Both the position numbers and the translations under genes were made by a program. DNA of 64,000 nt from an uncultured bacterium (GTDB lineage Bacteria > Oederibacteriota > JAAXVQ01 > JAUVAV01). The stretch is taken from the NCBI GenBank assembly GCA_963710755.1, contig CAVQBK010000002.1, positions 128,001 to 192,000 on the forward strand. The letters are read 5' to 3'. Numbering within the stretch: position 1 is the stretch's first letter; every line of letters begins with the position of its first letter. Of this stretch, positions 22,127-32,554 are shown piece after piece. The notes beneath the pieces are model-generated. The model had not been told where the DNA came from. It searched no databases and saw only the letters and a program-made list of their open reading frames with translations.

Positions 22127-22673
22127 AGTCTAAGATCCGCAGGCTGTATTTACAGCCACAATAATTTTGCCGGTAAAGCTGCATGGCTTTGGACAACTGC
22201 AAACTCTGTTTAAAGCCGTCCTTTTTTTTAAAATCAATGGCTAAGTATTCCACGCCGTGGGCTTGCGCAGCGGCAGTGCCGCTGGCTATAATCTTCTCTG
22301 TAAGCTTGTGCGGCGAGACGGTTAAGGTAGAAGTGATAAAAGGGATGCCTGTTTCTTGAGCTTCCCGGGCTGTAGCGTCAAGATTAAAAGCATAGCAGGC
22401 TTCGCAGCGCCCCCCTTTTTCCGGTTCATTTTCCAGCCCCCGGATATGGCGCAGCCAGTCATCAGGCTGATACTTGGGTACCCTTAATTCAAAGCCCATG
22501 ATTTGCGCCACCCGCTGAGCTTCGATTAAACGCTTTTTATATTCACTCTCAGGATGAATATTGGGGTTGTGAAAATAACCGATAACGCGGTAGTCATGCT
22601 TTAAACGTTCAAAAACGCTGGTGGCATCGGGGGCACAACAAATATGCAGCAAACATTTGGACTGTTCGTTCAT
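22119..22673 (-). CDS. queH: epoxyqueuosine reductase QueH
   Basis: LLHICCAPD, NPNIHP..EY.KR, E.GGRC..C, SPHK, YRQNYCGC. Confidence 0.93.
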   Translation of the reverse strand: MNEQSKCLLHICCAPDATSVFERLKHDYRVIGYFHNPNIHPESEYKKRLIEAQRVAQIMGFELRVPKYQPDDWLRHIRGLENEPEKGGRCEACYAFNLDATAREAQETGIPFITSTLTVSPHKLTEKIIASGTAAAQAHGVEYLAIDFKKKDGFKQSLQLSKAMQLYRQNYCGCKYSLRILDYA

Positions 22674-22706
22674 TTCTCACCGCCAGGAATTAGATCTAAA
22701 GCCTAG

Positions 22707-22736
22707 ATTATAGAGCCCACAGCGTGATTGTGGCAA
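22707..22736 (-). promoter_or_regulatory. sigma70-type promoter of queH-mutM-tfoX
   Basis: Minus strand TTGCCA-18 nt-TATAAT. Confidence 0.55.
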
Positions 22737-22831
22737 GTTGAAATATTGGGTACTCGTCGCTGCCACAAAGACTCCTTTTATTTTCCCGTCGTCTAAGGCT
22801 ATGGTAAAATCAAGCGCTAAGGAGAAAACCC

Positions 22832-24346
22832 ATGATCATCAAAAAAGACCCTGATAGCATTAAACCCTATTTGGAAGATGCTTCCGGTTTTACCCGGGGA
22901 CATGCCGACTTATTGGTCATTCCTGAAAACGAGCAAGACCTTATCACTTTCTTCCAACAAGCCAGCGCTCAAAGCCAGCCGGTCACCTTGGCCGGTGGCC
23001 GCACCGGGGTCACGGCCGGTGCCATCCCCACCAAAGGCACTTTAATGTCCTTGGAAAAGCTGCAGGCTCTGGGTCCGATTCAAAATCAGGGCGCCTTTAG
23101 CACAATTACCCTTGGCCCGGCAGTTCGCTTGCAGCAATTAAAAGCCAAAGCCGAAGAACATCATTTAATTTACGGCCCTGACCCCACGGAGCGCACGGGG
23201 TCGTTGGGGGGCAATGCAGCCACTAATGCCAGCGGCGGTCAATGTTTTAAATATGGTCCTACCCGTGATCATATCCTGGGCTTGAGGATGGTATTAAGTA
23301 CAGGGGATATTATCGACCTCAAACGGGGAGAGCACTTTGCCCAAGGCGACCGTTTGCGTATCCCTCTGGTCAATCGTCGGGACCCTTTAACCTTCACCCG
23401 TCCTTTGTTGCCGGCTCTGAAAGTCTATAAAAATGCTGCCGGTTATTTTTCCGCGCCCAATATGGATGCCCTGGACTTATTGATTGGTATGGATGGCACT
23501 TTGGGCGCCATCACTTCCCTTACGGTTAAATTATTACGAGCCCCGCAAGGCATTTTCACGCTCGCACTTTTTTTGGAGAACCTGCACCAAGCTAATGACA
23601 TGGCCACACTTATACGTCGCTCTGCACAGGGCCTGGCATCTCTTCCTGGAATCAGGCCGTTGTCTTTGGAGCTTATGGACAGCCATGCCTTGGATCTGCT
23701 GCGGCCTTCCTTTCCCAATATTCCGCCCAGAGCCGGTTCTGCGTTACTGGTGGAGCAGGACTTCGCAGACAACGAAACCTTGGCCCTACAGCGGTGGTCC
23801 GATTTTTTGCAAAATGCTCATATTCCGGAAAAGATGATTTGGTTGGCCGATGATCGCAAAAGCCGCGAACAGTTGCGCTTGTTCCGCCATGCCCTGCCGG
23901 AGGCTGTTAATCAGGTGGTTCGGAAAAGAGGATTTCCCAAAGTTGGGACGGACATGGCCGTGCCTGCCGAGGCCTTTGGCACTATGCTGGATATTTATTA
24001 CCGGGAATTGGAGTCCTTGGGCCAGGACTACTTGATTTTCGGACATATTGGTGAATGCCACTTGCATGTCAATGTACTGCCTCGGTCACCGGAAGACTTT
24101 GGTTTGGCCAAAAAACTGTATTTGACCTTTGCCGAAAAAGCGGTGGCCTATGGTGGCACCATCAGTGCGGAACATGGCATCGGCAAACTCAAACATGATT
24201 TTCTCAGAATCATGGTAGGTGACCAAGGTTTGAGGGAAATGGCCCGCATTAAAAAAATATTTGATCCTGCACTTATTCTTAACCGTGGCAATATTTTTCC
24301 GGAAGAGCTGTTGGATAGTTCGGCTGAGCCGGAAAGGCTGGAATAA
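22832..24346 (+). CDS. FAD-binding oxidoreductase (GlcD/D-lactate dehydrogenase-like)
   Basis: GGRTGVTAGA, PDPTE..SLGGN.ATNASG, GHIGECHLH, GGTISAEHGIG. Confidence 0.9.
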   Translation: MIIKKDPDSIKPYLEDASGFTRGHADLLVIPENEQDLITFFQQASAQSQPVTLAGGRTGVTAGAIPTKGTLMSLEKLQALGPIQNQGAFSTITLGPAVRLQQLKAKAEEHHLIYGPDPTERTGSLGGNAATNASGGQCFKYGPTRDHILGLRMVLSTGDIIDLKRGEHFAQGDRLRIPLVNRRDPLTFTRPLLPALKVYKNAAGYFSAPNMDALDLLIGMDGTLGAITSLTVKLLRAPQGIFTLALFLENLHQANDMATLIRRSAQGLASLPGIRPLSLELMDSHALDLLRPSFPNIPPRAGSALLVEQDFADNETLALQRWSDFLQNAHIPEKMIWLADDRKSREQLRLFRHALPEAVNQVVRKRGFPKVGTDMAVPAEAFGTMLDIYYRELESLGQDYLIFGHIGECHLHVNVLPRSPEDFGLAKKLYLTFAEKAVAYGGTISAEHGIGKLKHDFLRIMVGDQGLREMARIKKIFDPALILNRGNIFPEELLDSSAEPERLE

Positions 24347-24552
24347 ATGTCGTTTCTCACGCAAAGTTCTAAAAAGCACAGGATACGCCGCGCCCAGCGC
24401 TGAAACCACAGCCCTTCACGAACAGCTCGGCAAGCAGGCATCTGGATCATTGGCCTCCACCAGGGTCGGAGTGAGGTATAGTATCTTCTTAATAAATGTA
24501 GATCCGGGGGACACGGAATAGCCCGGACTCTGACTAATCACATGGAGGACTC

Positions 24553-26004
24553 ATGAGCACATCCGCCCCGCAGGATTGGATCGATCGGCATCAATTGGGT
24601 TTATTAACTGATTTTTATCAATTGACCATGCTCTCTGGCTACATTAAACATGATTTGGCTCAGCAGCAGGTGGCCTTCGAGTATTTTTTCCGCACTTTGC
24701 CCCCTCATACGGGCTTGGTGATCACTGCCGGCTTGGAACAATTTCTGCGTTATTTGGAAAACTTGCACTTTAGTGCTGACGATCTGGCTTATCTCGAGAG
24801 CCTAAAAATGTTTGACCAAGCGACCCTTGACTATCTGGCCAATTTGCACCTCGAACTTGACGTCATGGCCATTCCCGAAGGCACCCCGGTCTTTCCCCAT
24901 GAACCGATAATTCGCATCACCGGTCCTCTGGCCCAGGCACAATTGATTGAAACCTTTTTGCTCAATGCCCTCAATTATCAATCCTTGATCGCCACCAAAA
25001 CCATGCGCATGTGTCAAGCCGCCCAAGGCGAGCCGGTGCTGGAATTTGGTTTGCGCCGCGCCCAAGGACCGGATGGCGGCTTGACCGGCAGTCGAGCTGC
25101 TTACATAGGCGGGGCCCTAGGTACCAGCAACGTGCTGGCTGGGAAGCTTTTTGGCATTCCGGTACGTGGCACCATCGCCCATTCCTGGGTAATGAGCTTT
25201 GAAAGCGAAAAACAGGCTTTTGATGCTTTTGCCCGCACTTTCCCCAAAAACTGTACCTTGCTGGTGGACACTTATGACACGCTAAAGAGTGGTGTTCCCA
25301 ATGCCATCGCCGTGTTCAAGGACCATCCCGAGATGACGCCGGCCATCCGTATTGATTCCGGTGATCTGGCCAAATTGTCCAAAGCAGCTTATGACCAATT
25401 CCGGCAGGCCGGTTTTGATCATGTCAATATCGTGGGGACCAATGATCTGGATGAAGATTTGATCGCTGATCTCAAGCGCCAACACGCCCGCATTAACCTA
25501 TGGGCGGTGGGGACACATCTGATCACGTCCAAGGATCACCCGGCTCTGGACGGGGTGTATAAACTGGTGGCCATGAAAAATCGCGGTACCTGGCAGCCTC
25601 GGATTAAATTATCCAGCAATCCTGAGAAAGCCACTGATCCCGGCTTGAAGCAGCCTTACCGTTGTTTTAATCAAACCGGTCAGCCGGTGGGCGATATATT
25701 AATCGCCGATGATGAAGATCTCCCCCGTGAAAGCACCGTCCGGGCTATTGACCGTTTGTTTTTACACCACGAACGCAACCTGGAGGGCATCACCAATATC
25801 AAGCCCCTGATGCAAGGGATGATGAAAAAAGGCAAGATCATACAACCCCAGCCAAACCTCCATGCCATCCGTGATCACGCTCAGGCTTCGGTGGCTCAAT
25901 TCCCGGAAGAATATCTGCGCTTGCGCAATCCGGAAATATACTGGCTGGGTCTGTCTCCTCATTTGGCCCATCTTAAGCAACAGGCCATCTCCACGCTCAA
26001 ATAA
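24553..26004 (+). CDS. pncB: nicotinate phosphoribosyltransferase
   Basis: LLTDFYQLTM, EFGLRRAQ, GTIAHSWV, LVDTYD, IRIDSGD, GVYKLV. Confidence 0.96.
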   Translation: MSTSAPQDWIDRHQLGLLTDFYQLTMLSGYIKHDLAQQQVAFEYFFRTLPPHTGLVITAGLEQFLRYLENLHFSADDLAYLESLKMFDQATLDYLANLHLELDVMAIPEGTPVFPHEPIIRITGPLAQAQLIETFLLNALNYQSLIATKTMRMCQAAQGEPVLEFGLRRAQGPDGGLTGSRAAYIGGALGTSNVLAGKLFGIPVRGTIAHSWVMSFESEKQAFDAFARTFPKNCTLLVDTYDTLKSGVPNAIAVFKDHPEMTPAIRIDSGDLAKLSKAAYDQFRQAGFDHVNIVGTNDLDEDLIADLKRQHARINLWAVGTHLITSKDHPALDGVYKLVAMKNRGTWQPRIKLSSNPEKATDPGLKQPYRCFNQTGQPVGDILIADDEDLPRESTVRAIDRLFLHHERNLEGITNIKPLMQGMMKKGKIIQPQPNLHAIRDHAQASVAQFPEEYLRLRNPEIYWLGLSPHLAHLKQQAISTLK

Positions 26005-26034
26005 AAGCAAGCCTCAAGCGATGGTCCTGACCTT

Positions 26035-26565
26035 TTACCAGAGGCCCTTTTGACGGCGCCTTTGCTTGGGGGCACGGCGGCCATTGCCCTTTTTACGGGT
26101 ATGGCCGGTCCATCCCTCCTCTTCCCTTTTGCCATGGAGAACTTCAGGATTGTTCAAAGGCATGACCGCCGGCCGGCTGCGCCTCATTAATTCGGCCGGC
26201 GAAATGACCACCACCCGGTAAGAACGGCAGATATCCCCTAAGGCCCGGTCGGCCGTGACCACCACTTTACCCGATTGATCGCCTCGACGATTGGCCGCCA
26301 TCTCGGCGATCACCTCATCCGCCGTTTCACCCTGAGCGGAATATACGACGGTTAGTCCCTTCTGTTGTTGCTGATGACGGTAACTGTGCTGTCCTCCCTG
26401 GCCATCAAACACCACGGTGATACGATGCGCGGTGCCCCGGCGATAATGGTCCAGCTTTTCAACCAGCGCCTTCTGGGCACCGTAAAAATTCTGGCTCTCG
26501 ATATGAGATAATTCCGGATCATAACGAATCACATTAAATCCATCCACGATCAGATGTTTGGCCAT
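26035..26565 (-). CDS. NYN-domain ribonuclease (YacP/Rae1-like)
   Basis: LIVDGFNVI, VVFDG, GETADEVI, VVTADR; basic C-terminus. Confidence 0.88.
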   Translation of the reverse strand: MAKHLIVDGFNVIRYDPELSHIESQNFYGAQKALVEKLDHYRRGTAHRITVVFDGQGGQHSYRHQQQQKGLTVVYSAQGETADEVIAEMAANRRGDQSGKVVVTADRALGDICRSYRVVVISPAELMRRSRPAVMPLNNPEVLHGKREEEGWTGHTRKKGNGRRAPKQRRRQKGLW

Positions 26566-26714
26566 GCCTCAGGTGCTCCTTGCGATTTTAAAACAATTTA
26601 TCATGATCGCGCCCTTCCAACCAGCCCCTATCCGATTTTTCCAAAAACACATTCTTTAAAAACAAGGAAAGGGATTCCTTTGGTCAGAGCCTTTCGCTAT
26701 AGGTGGATAAAAAT

Positions 26715-26749
26715 AAAAAGGGGACCTGAAACGTCTTCAGGTCCCCTTT
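26715..26749 (-). terminator. intrinsic terminator
   Basis: aaaaaggggacctgaa-acgtc-ttcaggtccccttt. Confidence 0.85.
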
Positions 26750-26802
26750 AACTAATGGTGATTTAAATTTCTTCGCCTTTCATGCGAAGAATGGATGATG
26801 GA

Positions 26803-27684
26803 TTAAAGACCAAACAATAAGCTGGCACCGGCGATGATTTTCCAGTCACTGCGCGGGGCATAGCCGAATTCGGGCCGATCGGCTTTCGGTTCCAGGGGAA
26901 TAACCACCCCGAATTTTGCCTTAAAGATGCCTTTTTGCAAGCGAATGCCGGGCACAATGGAAAAAGTCCGTCCCGCTGATTCCGTTACGTCCAGGCCGTC
27001 CAATTTACTCACACCATATTGGGTGCCAAGAAGTTCCAAGTTGATAAAAAATAAACTAGTGGCAGGAATTTCGGCGCCCAAGGCAAAGTGAATGGCATCA
27101 CCGGGATCTAAGGTGACGTCCCCGGTAACCGTTTGATTATAGAGATCAGCATTGATTTGATAGCCGGCCCGATATTGATAGCCTACATTGGCATGTAGCT
27201 TCAGCAGCATTAAATCCAGGTCAGCCGCCAGATAAGGATCAATGGCCAAGCCGTCTCCAAAAATATAATATACGGGATCAGCAGTGGGAAAATTGGTTTG
27301 CAACCCAACAGCCAAGGTGAATATGGGCAATGGCAACAATGGCGTTTTCAAACCCAGTCCGATATTTTTAATGCCGCTGAAATCCTTGACGCCCACAGTA
27401 TCAATGTTGTTTTGCATGTCTCCGTAAGGCGTGGATAATTTGATTTCCAGAATTGGCAACCCGATTCGTACAAAAATAGGAATCTCCGTCAGTTTGCTCT
27501 CAATGGCGGTTTGTACGCCTTCTTCTTGGATCTTTTCATAAGAATAGTCAAAATCAAATCCAACTTGAATACCTGCCAAACCGGTTACATTGGCTGCCTG
27601 CTCAAACGAAATAGGTTCCGAATAGCCCACTAGCGGCAATCCCATTAGCAATGCACCTACCAAAGCAATACTGATTCTATTCAT
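26803..27684 (-). CDS. putative outer-membrane beta-barrel ('transporter'/MetA-pathway-like)
   Basis: Start ATG 27684 after GGAGG; signal peptide; alternating amphipathic strands (LHANVGYQY, FALGAEI, FINLELLG). Family assignment is inference. Confidence 0.6.
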   Translation of the reverse strand: MNRISIALVGALLMGLPLVGYSEPISFEQAANVTGLAGIQVGFDFDYSYEKIQEEGVQTAIESKLTEIPIFVRIGLPILEIKLSTPYGDMQNNIDTVGVKDFSGIKNIGLGLKTPLLPLPIFTLAVGLQTNFPTADPVYYIFGDGLAIDPYLAADLDLMLLKLHANVGYQYRAGYQINADLYNQTVTGDVTLDPGDAIHFALGAEIPATSLFFINLELLGTQYGVSKLDGLDVTESAGRTFSIVPGIRLQKGIFKAKFGVVIPLEPKADRPEFGYAPRSDWKIIAGASLLFGL

Positions 27685-27780
27685 CCAACACCTCCTGGGA
27701 AGTTGACGATCTCGCTTTAGTTTCGGCTTCACTTGCCATTGACTAAAGTTTTTTTAGTTTAATATCAACTTCACCGACAA

Positions 27781-29643
27781 TCAAGCCTTAATTACAGGCC
27801 GTCCGGGATGGTACAGGCTGACTTTTATTAGGCCGCGGACCGCATTGGTCAAGTAAAGTTGATCTGCACTTAAAAGATCGCGCACGGTGAGCGATTTTTC
27901 CCGGGCATGTTGTTGCGCTATGACGACTTGACGCATGACCCCTGGCAATAGCCCGTCCCGGACCGGAGGGGTAAACCAGATATTATTTTTCACCACAAAG
28001 ATGTTGGTAATCGAGCCTTCGGTTACTTTTCCTTGTTTGTTGCAAAATACATAATCTGTTAAACTTCGGACCCGTGCCTTTTGTGTGTAGCGATTGTAAA
28101 AATCACGATTAGTAGTTTTGTGGTAAAGAAACAGATGCGACGAAGTCACCTGTTCCTTCGCCAGTTGGATGCGTCCCGGCAAGACTTCCGGGGCAAGTGG
28201 CAAACTGCTCAGGGTTATTTGGCCTGCGCTGTTCAACAACAGCCGCAAGCGATGCGGCTGTGAGGCATCAAGACGTCTGATCATGGCCAAAAGTTGCCTT
28301 TGCAGAACCTGTTCCTGAAAGGGGATGTGAAAATAGGCGGCCGATTGTCGGAGCCGTTCTAAATGCCTGTCCAGATGCCTTATTCCCCGCTCGGGATGGC
28401 CAAACATGGTTTCGATCAATTCATAATTTTTACCAAGGCCGGTCAGAAAACGACTCTTAACATGGCATTCCTGCCATTCCGCTTTGGCCTTGGAATCGCT
28501 TACAATACCACTACCAATGCCACAAGTCAGATGCTTATCCTGAGGGTTAAGTTGTACTGTCCGGATCGGGACATTAAAGCAGGCGTCGCCATTGGGCAGG
28601 ATATAGCCCAGGGCCCCGGTATAAATACCGCGCGGCTTTTGTTCCATAGCGCGGATTAACTTCATGGTTTCCACTTTGGGCGCTCCCGTGACCGAACCGC
28701 AGGGAAACAAAGCACGAAAGAGTTCCAACCAGGACACGCCCGCTCTGAGCTTACCTTCCACTGTAGAGGTCATTTGAAACAGAGTACGATAAGACTCCAC
28801 CTGAAACAACTTCCTGGTACGCACCGAACCTGTCCGGCAAAGCCGGCCCAAGTCATTGCGCAGCAGATCGACAATCATTATGTTTTCAGCCCGATTTTTA
28901 AAAGATGAGGCCAGCTTGGTTTCCCGGAGGCGGTCTGTAGCCGGATCACTGCTGCGTGCTGCTGTTCCTTTCATAGGTTTAACCATAATTTCATCGCCCT
29001 GCTTGGAGAAGAATAATTCGGGAGACAAAGATAGAATCCAATCCTCTTTCCGTCGGAGGATGGCAGCGTAACCTACAGGTTGGGCATGAAACAAATCATG
29101 GAAAAGCGCGACGGCATCGCCACCAAAGTGGCCTTGCAAGGGAAAAGTGAAATTCACCTGATAAGTCCGGCCTGCGGCAATCGCTGTTTGGATACGCCTG
29201 AACTGGCGACGGTATTGGGTAAAAGTCATATCCGTCTCCACACGGCGAAGCCAATAAGCCGGCCAGTGCTGATGATTTTGACGATGACGTTTCAGCCAGG
29301 TCTTCATCAGTGCCGGAGAATAAGTGACAGCTTGTTTAAAAAAGCCCAACCATCCGAGCAAGGCAGGGGATGGAGTCAAAGCCTGCATTTTTTTTTCAAA
29401 ACCATAGCCCGCTTCATAATGCAAGGCGCCGGCCAGGGAATAGCCTTGGTTCAAATGGCGCGGTACTTGTTTTAGCATGCGCTCCAGAGTGTCATGATTA
29501 TCAATTTGAAACTGTTGCTTTAAATCATGGAGTAGAAGTCCCGCCGCTTGCCGGCCACCGTGTGGTTTAAAATAATAAAATGCAAAGGGCTCTTGCTGGG
29601 TGCTCAGGCTTTCCAGCAGGTGGAGGTTGGTTTTACTGGCCAT
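27781..29643 (-). CDS. pabB: aminodeoxychorismate synthase component I fused to aminotransferase class IV (ADC lyase)
   Basis: YQVN, SPELFF, KPMKGT, KNRAENIMIVDLLRNDLG, FPCGSVTGAPK; C-terminal HKTTNR, TEGSITN, GLLPGVMR. Confidence 0.93.
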   Translation of the reverse strand: MASKTNLHLLESLSTQQEPFAFYYFKPHGGRQAAGLLLHDLKQQFQIDNHDTLERMLKQVPRHLNQGYSLAGALHYEAGYGFEKKMQALTPSPALLGWLGFFKQAVTYSPALMKTWLKRHRQNHQHWPAYWLRRVETDMTFTQYRRQFRRIQTAIAAGRTYQVNFTFPLQGHFGGDAVALFHDLFHAQPVGYAAILRRKEDWILSLSPELFFSKQGDEIMVKPMKGTAARSSDPATDRLRETKLASSFKNRAENIMIVDLLRNDLGRLCRTGSVRTRKLFQVESYRTLFQMTSTVEGKLRAGVSWLELFRALFPCGSVTGAPKVETMKLIRAMEQKPRGIYTGALGYILPNGDACFNVPIRTVQLNPQDKHLTCGIGSGIVSDSKAKAEWQECHVKSRFLTGLGKNYELIETMFGHPERGIRHLDRHLERLRQSAAYFHIPFQEQVLQRQLLAMIRRLDASQPHRLRLLLNSAGQITLSSLPLAPEVLPGRIQLAKEQVTSSHLFLYHKTTNRDFYNRYTQKARVRSLTDYVFCNKQGKVTEGSITNIFVVKNNIWFTPPVRDGLLPGVMRQVVIAQQHAREKSLTVRDLLSADQLYLTNAVRGLIKVSLYHPGRPVIKA

Positions 29644-29732
29644 GCCTTTATCCTATCATCATGATGGCTAGCGCTGCGACCGCAGGGCCAACTAATGGTT
29701 CCCTCTGCTCGTCACGTGCACATTAAGAGAAT

Positions 29733-29764
29733 AAAAAACCCCTCCTGGATTAGGCCAGGAGGGG
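29733..29764 (-). terminator. intrinsic terminator after rplL
   Basis: aaaaaa-cccctcctgg-attagg-ccaggagggg: 10-bp GC stem with U6 on the minus strand. Confidence 0.88.
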
Positions 29765-29797
29765 GATGAGAATCCAACGACCAAAGGCCGCAGTCTT

Positions 29798-30184
29798 TTA
29801 TTTCACCTCAATGACAGCGCCTGCTTCTTCCAGCTTGGTCTTTAAGGTTTCAGATTCTTCTTTACTGACGCCTTCCTTGATCGGCTTGGGTGCGTTGTCC
29901 ACCAAGTCTTTGGCCTCTTTCAGGCCCAGTCCGGTCAATTCGCGAACCACTTTGATCACTTGGATTTTCTTGTCGCCCGCACTGGTCAACACGACATTAA
30001 AGGACGTCTTTTCTTCTGCCGCTGCTTCCGCTCCGGCACCGCCGGCAGGCATCATGCCGCCCATCATTACGGGAGCTGCCGCTGAGACACCAAACTTTTC
30101 TTCCATCGCTTTGACCAATTCGGAAATTTCCAAAACCGTCATGTTGCCAATGACATCAATCAATTCTTCTTTTGTTACCGCCAT
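29798..30184 (-). CDS. rplL: 50S ribosomal protein L7/L12
   Basis: [35 protein letters not shown]. Confidence 0.99.
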   Translation of the reverse strand: MAVTKEELIDVIGNMTVLEISELVKAMEEKFGVSAAAPVMMGGMMPAGGAGAEAAAEEKTSFNVVLTSAGDKKIQVIKVVRELTGLGLKEAKDLVDNAPKPIKEGVSKEESETLKTKLEEAGAVIEVK

Positions 30185-30325
30185 GATCTTAATCCTCCTG
30201 ATTTTTCTGATTATTAAATTCGAGATGTATTTTTGCTTTTAACTAAGCCGTTAAGCCGGAGATCTTTTTCTGCAGGAGCGTAAAATCTCCCGCCCTTACC
30301 AATGAGTTGGAGTAAGTCGAACCCG

Positions 30326-30859
30326 CTAGGCGGCTTCTTTTTCTTTTTTCTCTTTCAAGGCATTGAGCGCATAAACCAGATTTTGCGTAGTGCCACGCAT
30401 CACCGTCATCAAACTCTTAACCGGTGCTTGCAGTGTTCCCAGAACCATGCCCAGCAGAACTTCACGCGAGGGCAACGAAGCAATGGCTTTGACTTGATCC
30501 ATACTAACCACTTTGCCGTCAATATAACCGGCTTTAATCTTGAGAAATTCATTTTTCTTCGCGAAGTCCAATAACACTTTGGCAGAAGCTGCCACATCGT
30601 CGCTGAGAAATCCAACCGCAACGGGCCCTTCCATTTGACCATTCATTTCTTCCATACCGACGTCCTTAAACAATCTTTTGGACAAGGTATTTTTGAGTAC
30701 TTTGAGCTGCACGCCTGCTTTACGCAGCGCGGCCCGGAATTCGGTCATTTCCTGGACATTCATGCCCCGGTATTCGGTCAAAACCACGTTTTTGTTGTTA
30801 TCCAAAATGGTTTTAACTTTTTCTAGAACTTCGGATTTTTTGCTCTTACTGGTGGCCAT
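30326..30859 (-). CDS. rplJ: 50S ribosomal protein L10
   Basis: EYRGMNV, KVLKNTL, IASLPSRE; start ATG 30859. Confidence 0.97.
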   Translation of the reverse strand: MATSKSKKSEVLEKVKTILDNNKNVVLTEYRGMNVQEMTEFRAALRKAGVQLKVLKNTLSKRLFKDVGMEEMNGQMEGPVAVGFLSDDVAASAKVLLDFAKKNEFLKIKAGYIDGKVVSMDQVKAIASLPSREVLLGMVLGTLQAPVKSLMTVMRGTTQNLVYALNALKEKKEKEAA

Positions 30860-30925
30860 CGTTTTCACCTTCCTTTCTTTAAAAATGAACCCGGTTGTTC
30901 GCCAAAGGAAATCGGGTTTAAAAAC

Positions 30926-30955
30926 AAAAACCCCGGCCGCACCTGGCCGGGGTTT
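30926..30955 (-). terminator. attenuator hairpin in the rplJ leader
   Basis: Minus strand aaaccccggcc-aggtgc-ggccggggttttt followed by further U-rich sequence. Confidence 0.75.
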
Positions 30956-31008
30956 AATGACCTAAAGAGCACGTCAAGCCTGCCCTTAAAACGGTTGGTT
31001 AAACTCCC

Positions 31009-31075
31009 GATCTCGGTGGGCCAGAGGGCTTTACGCCTCTGTTTAAGCCGACAGTACGGCACCAACGGTCTTCAA
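31009..31075 (-). ncRNA. L10 ribosomal leader (cis-regulatory)
   Basis: Minus strand GAAGACCGUUGGUG-hairpin-UUAAA-hairpin-CCCACCGAGAUC matches the L10 leader core as recalled; located upstream of rplJ. Confidence 0.8.
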
Positions 31076-31173
31076 TCGGACTGTGTTTTTTACAATTGTC
31101 TGGCGATACCTTGCCTAAAGCAGGTGCTCAACATATTGATCCCCTACAAAAGGAAAAAACGCCCACTACAAAT

Positions 31174-31872
31174 TTATTTCGTTGAGAACTGGGTTAACTC
31201 CAGCCGGACACCGGGCCCCATGGAAGTCGAGAGCGCCACGGCTTTCATATACTGACCTTTGGCACCGGATGGTTTGGCCTTCAAAATCGTCTCCACGGCG
31301 TATTTGGTGTTGTCCACCATTTTTCCCTTGCCAAAGGAGATTTTACCAATACCCAGGTTCACCAAGCCTTCATTGTTGACGCGATATTCCACTCTTCCGG
31401 CTTTGACTTCTTTAATAGCCTGGCTGACATTCTGTGCAACGGTGCCGGCTTTGGGATTGGGCATCATGCCTTTGGTTCCCAGAATCTTACCCAGTTTACC
31501 CACTTCTCGCATAACATCGGGTGTGGCAATTACCGTGTCGAATTCAAACCAGCCACCCTGGATTTTTTCAATAATATCTTCGAATCCGGCATAATCAGCA
31601 CCCGCTTCTTTGGCGGCAGCGATATTTTCACCTTTGGTGATCACGCAGATGCGTTTACTCTTGCCGGTGCCGTGAGGCAGCACCATGGTGCCGCGCACTT
31701 GTTGATCAGCTTTTTTGGGATTAACACCCAGGCGAATGGAAACCTCCAGAGATTCGTCAAATTTTGCTTTCTTGGCCGACATCAGGAAGTCTATAGCTTC
31801 GTCCAGCGACTTCAAGGTGGTCCGGTCCATCATTTTTTTATTTTCTAAAACCCGTTTGCTTATTTTACTCAT
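31174..31872 (-). CDS. rplA: 50S ribosomal protein L1
   Basis: [33 protein letters not shown]; start ATG 31872 after GGAGG. Confidence 0.98.
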   Translation of the reverse strand: MSKISKRVLENKKMMDRTTLKSLDEAIDFLMSAKKAKFDESLEVSIRLGVNPKKADQQVRGTMVLPHGTGKSKRICVITKGENIAAAKEAGADYAGFEDIIEKIQGGWFEFDTVIATPDVMREVGKLGKILGTKGMMPNPKAGTVAQNVSQAIKEVKAGRVEYRVNNEGLVNLGIGKISFGKGKMVDNTKYAVETILKAKPSGAKGQYMKAVALSTSMGPGVRLELTQFSTK

Positions 31873-31883
31873 GATATCCTCCT

Positions 31884-31920
31884 GTGGTTCCAACGGATAG
31901 CCTTCCGGCCATCCTCCCAC
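31884..31920 (-). promoter_or_regulatory. L1-binding mRNA structure between rplK and rplA
   Basis: Minus strand GUGGGAG-(GAUGGCC..GGCUAUCC stem)-GUUGGAACCAC abutting the rplA RBS; typical L1 autoregulatory site. Confidence 0.7.
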
Positions 31921-31948
31921 TTAACTAGGCCCGAATGCGCGGGCCCGC

Positions 31949-32374
31949 TTAACCTTCGACTTTAATGCCCATGCTCCGGGCCGTGCCTTCCACCATGCGC
32001 ATGGCCGCTTCCAGGCTGGCGGCGTTGAGATCCACCATTTTGCTTTGAGCAATTTCCTGAACCATGGCTTTGTTCACGGTGGCAATGGTTTGCCGTCCCG
32101 GTGTTTGACTGGCTTTGGCCAAGCCAGCTGCACGTTTTAGCAAAACTGAGGCCGGCGGTGTTTTACAGATGAAGGAAAAGGTCCGATCCTGATAAACCGT
32201 AATCACCACCGGAATAATCAAGCCTTCCTGGTTTTGCGTTTGAGCATTGAAGGCTTTACAAAATTCCATAATGTTAACGCCTGCTTGTCCAAGCGCCGGT
32301 CCTACCGGAGGCGCTGGATTGGCTTTTCCTGCCGGCACTTGTAATTTAACTGTGGTTTTAACTTGCTTTGCCAT
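31949..32374 (-). CDS. rplK: 50S ribosomal protein L11
   Basis: [23 protein letters not shown]. Confidence 0.99.
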   Translation of the reverse strand: MAKQVKTTVKLQVPAGKANPAPPVGPALGQAGVNIMEFCKAFNAQTQNQEGLIIPVVITVYQDRTFSFICKTPPASVLLKRAAGLAKASQTPGRQTIATVNKAMVQEIAQSKMVDLNAASLEAAMRMVEGTARSMGIKVEG

Positions 32375-32554
32375 AGACTTAAGTCTCCTCTTAATACGTC
32401 CTCGCGAATTCCCCGCATTTCAACACGGGGACGAAGCGAAAATAAAAATAATGATTTTTTCCTTTATCGTATCAAAATACCCGGCAATTCATTGTGGGGT
32501 ATTTTATTGCGTTTACCGTTTTTTCAAGGGCAAGGCGCCCCTGCCGCAGGCGTG

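Noticed and set aside
24347-24552. Possible NAD riboswitch or NrtR site upstream of pncB
   Set aside because: Only a small ccggg/cccgg hairpin; no consensus I can recognise.
27781-29643. PabB-PabC fusion as a novelty
   Set aside because: This fusion is already known from many bacteria.
29644-29732. Possible folate (THF) riboswitch upstream of pabB
   Set aside because: Short region with one hairpin and no THF aptamer consensus.
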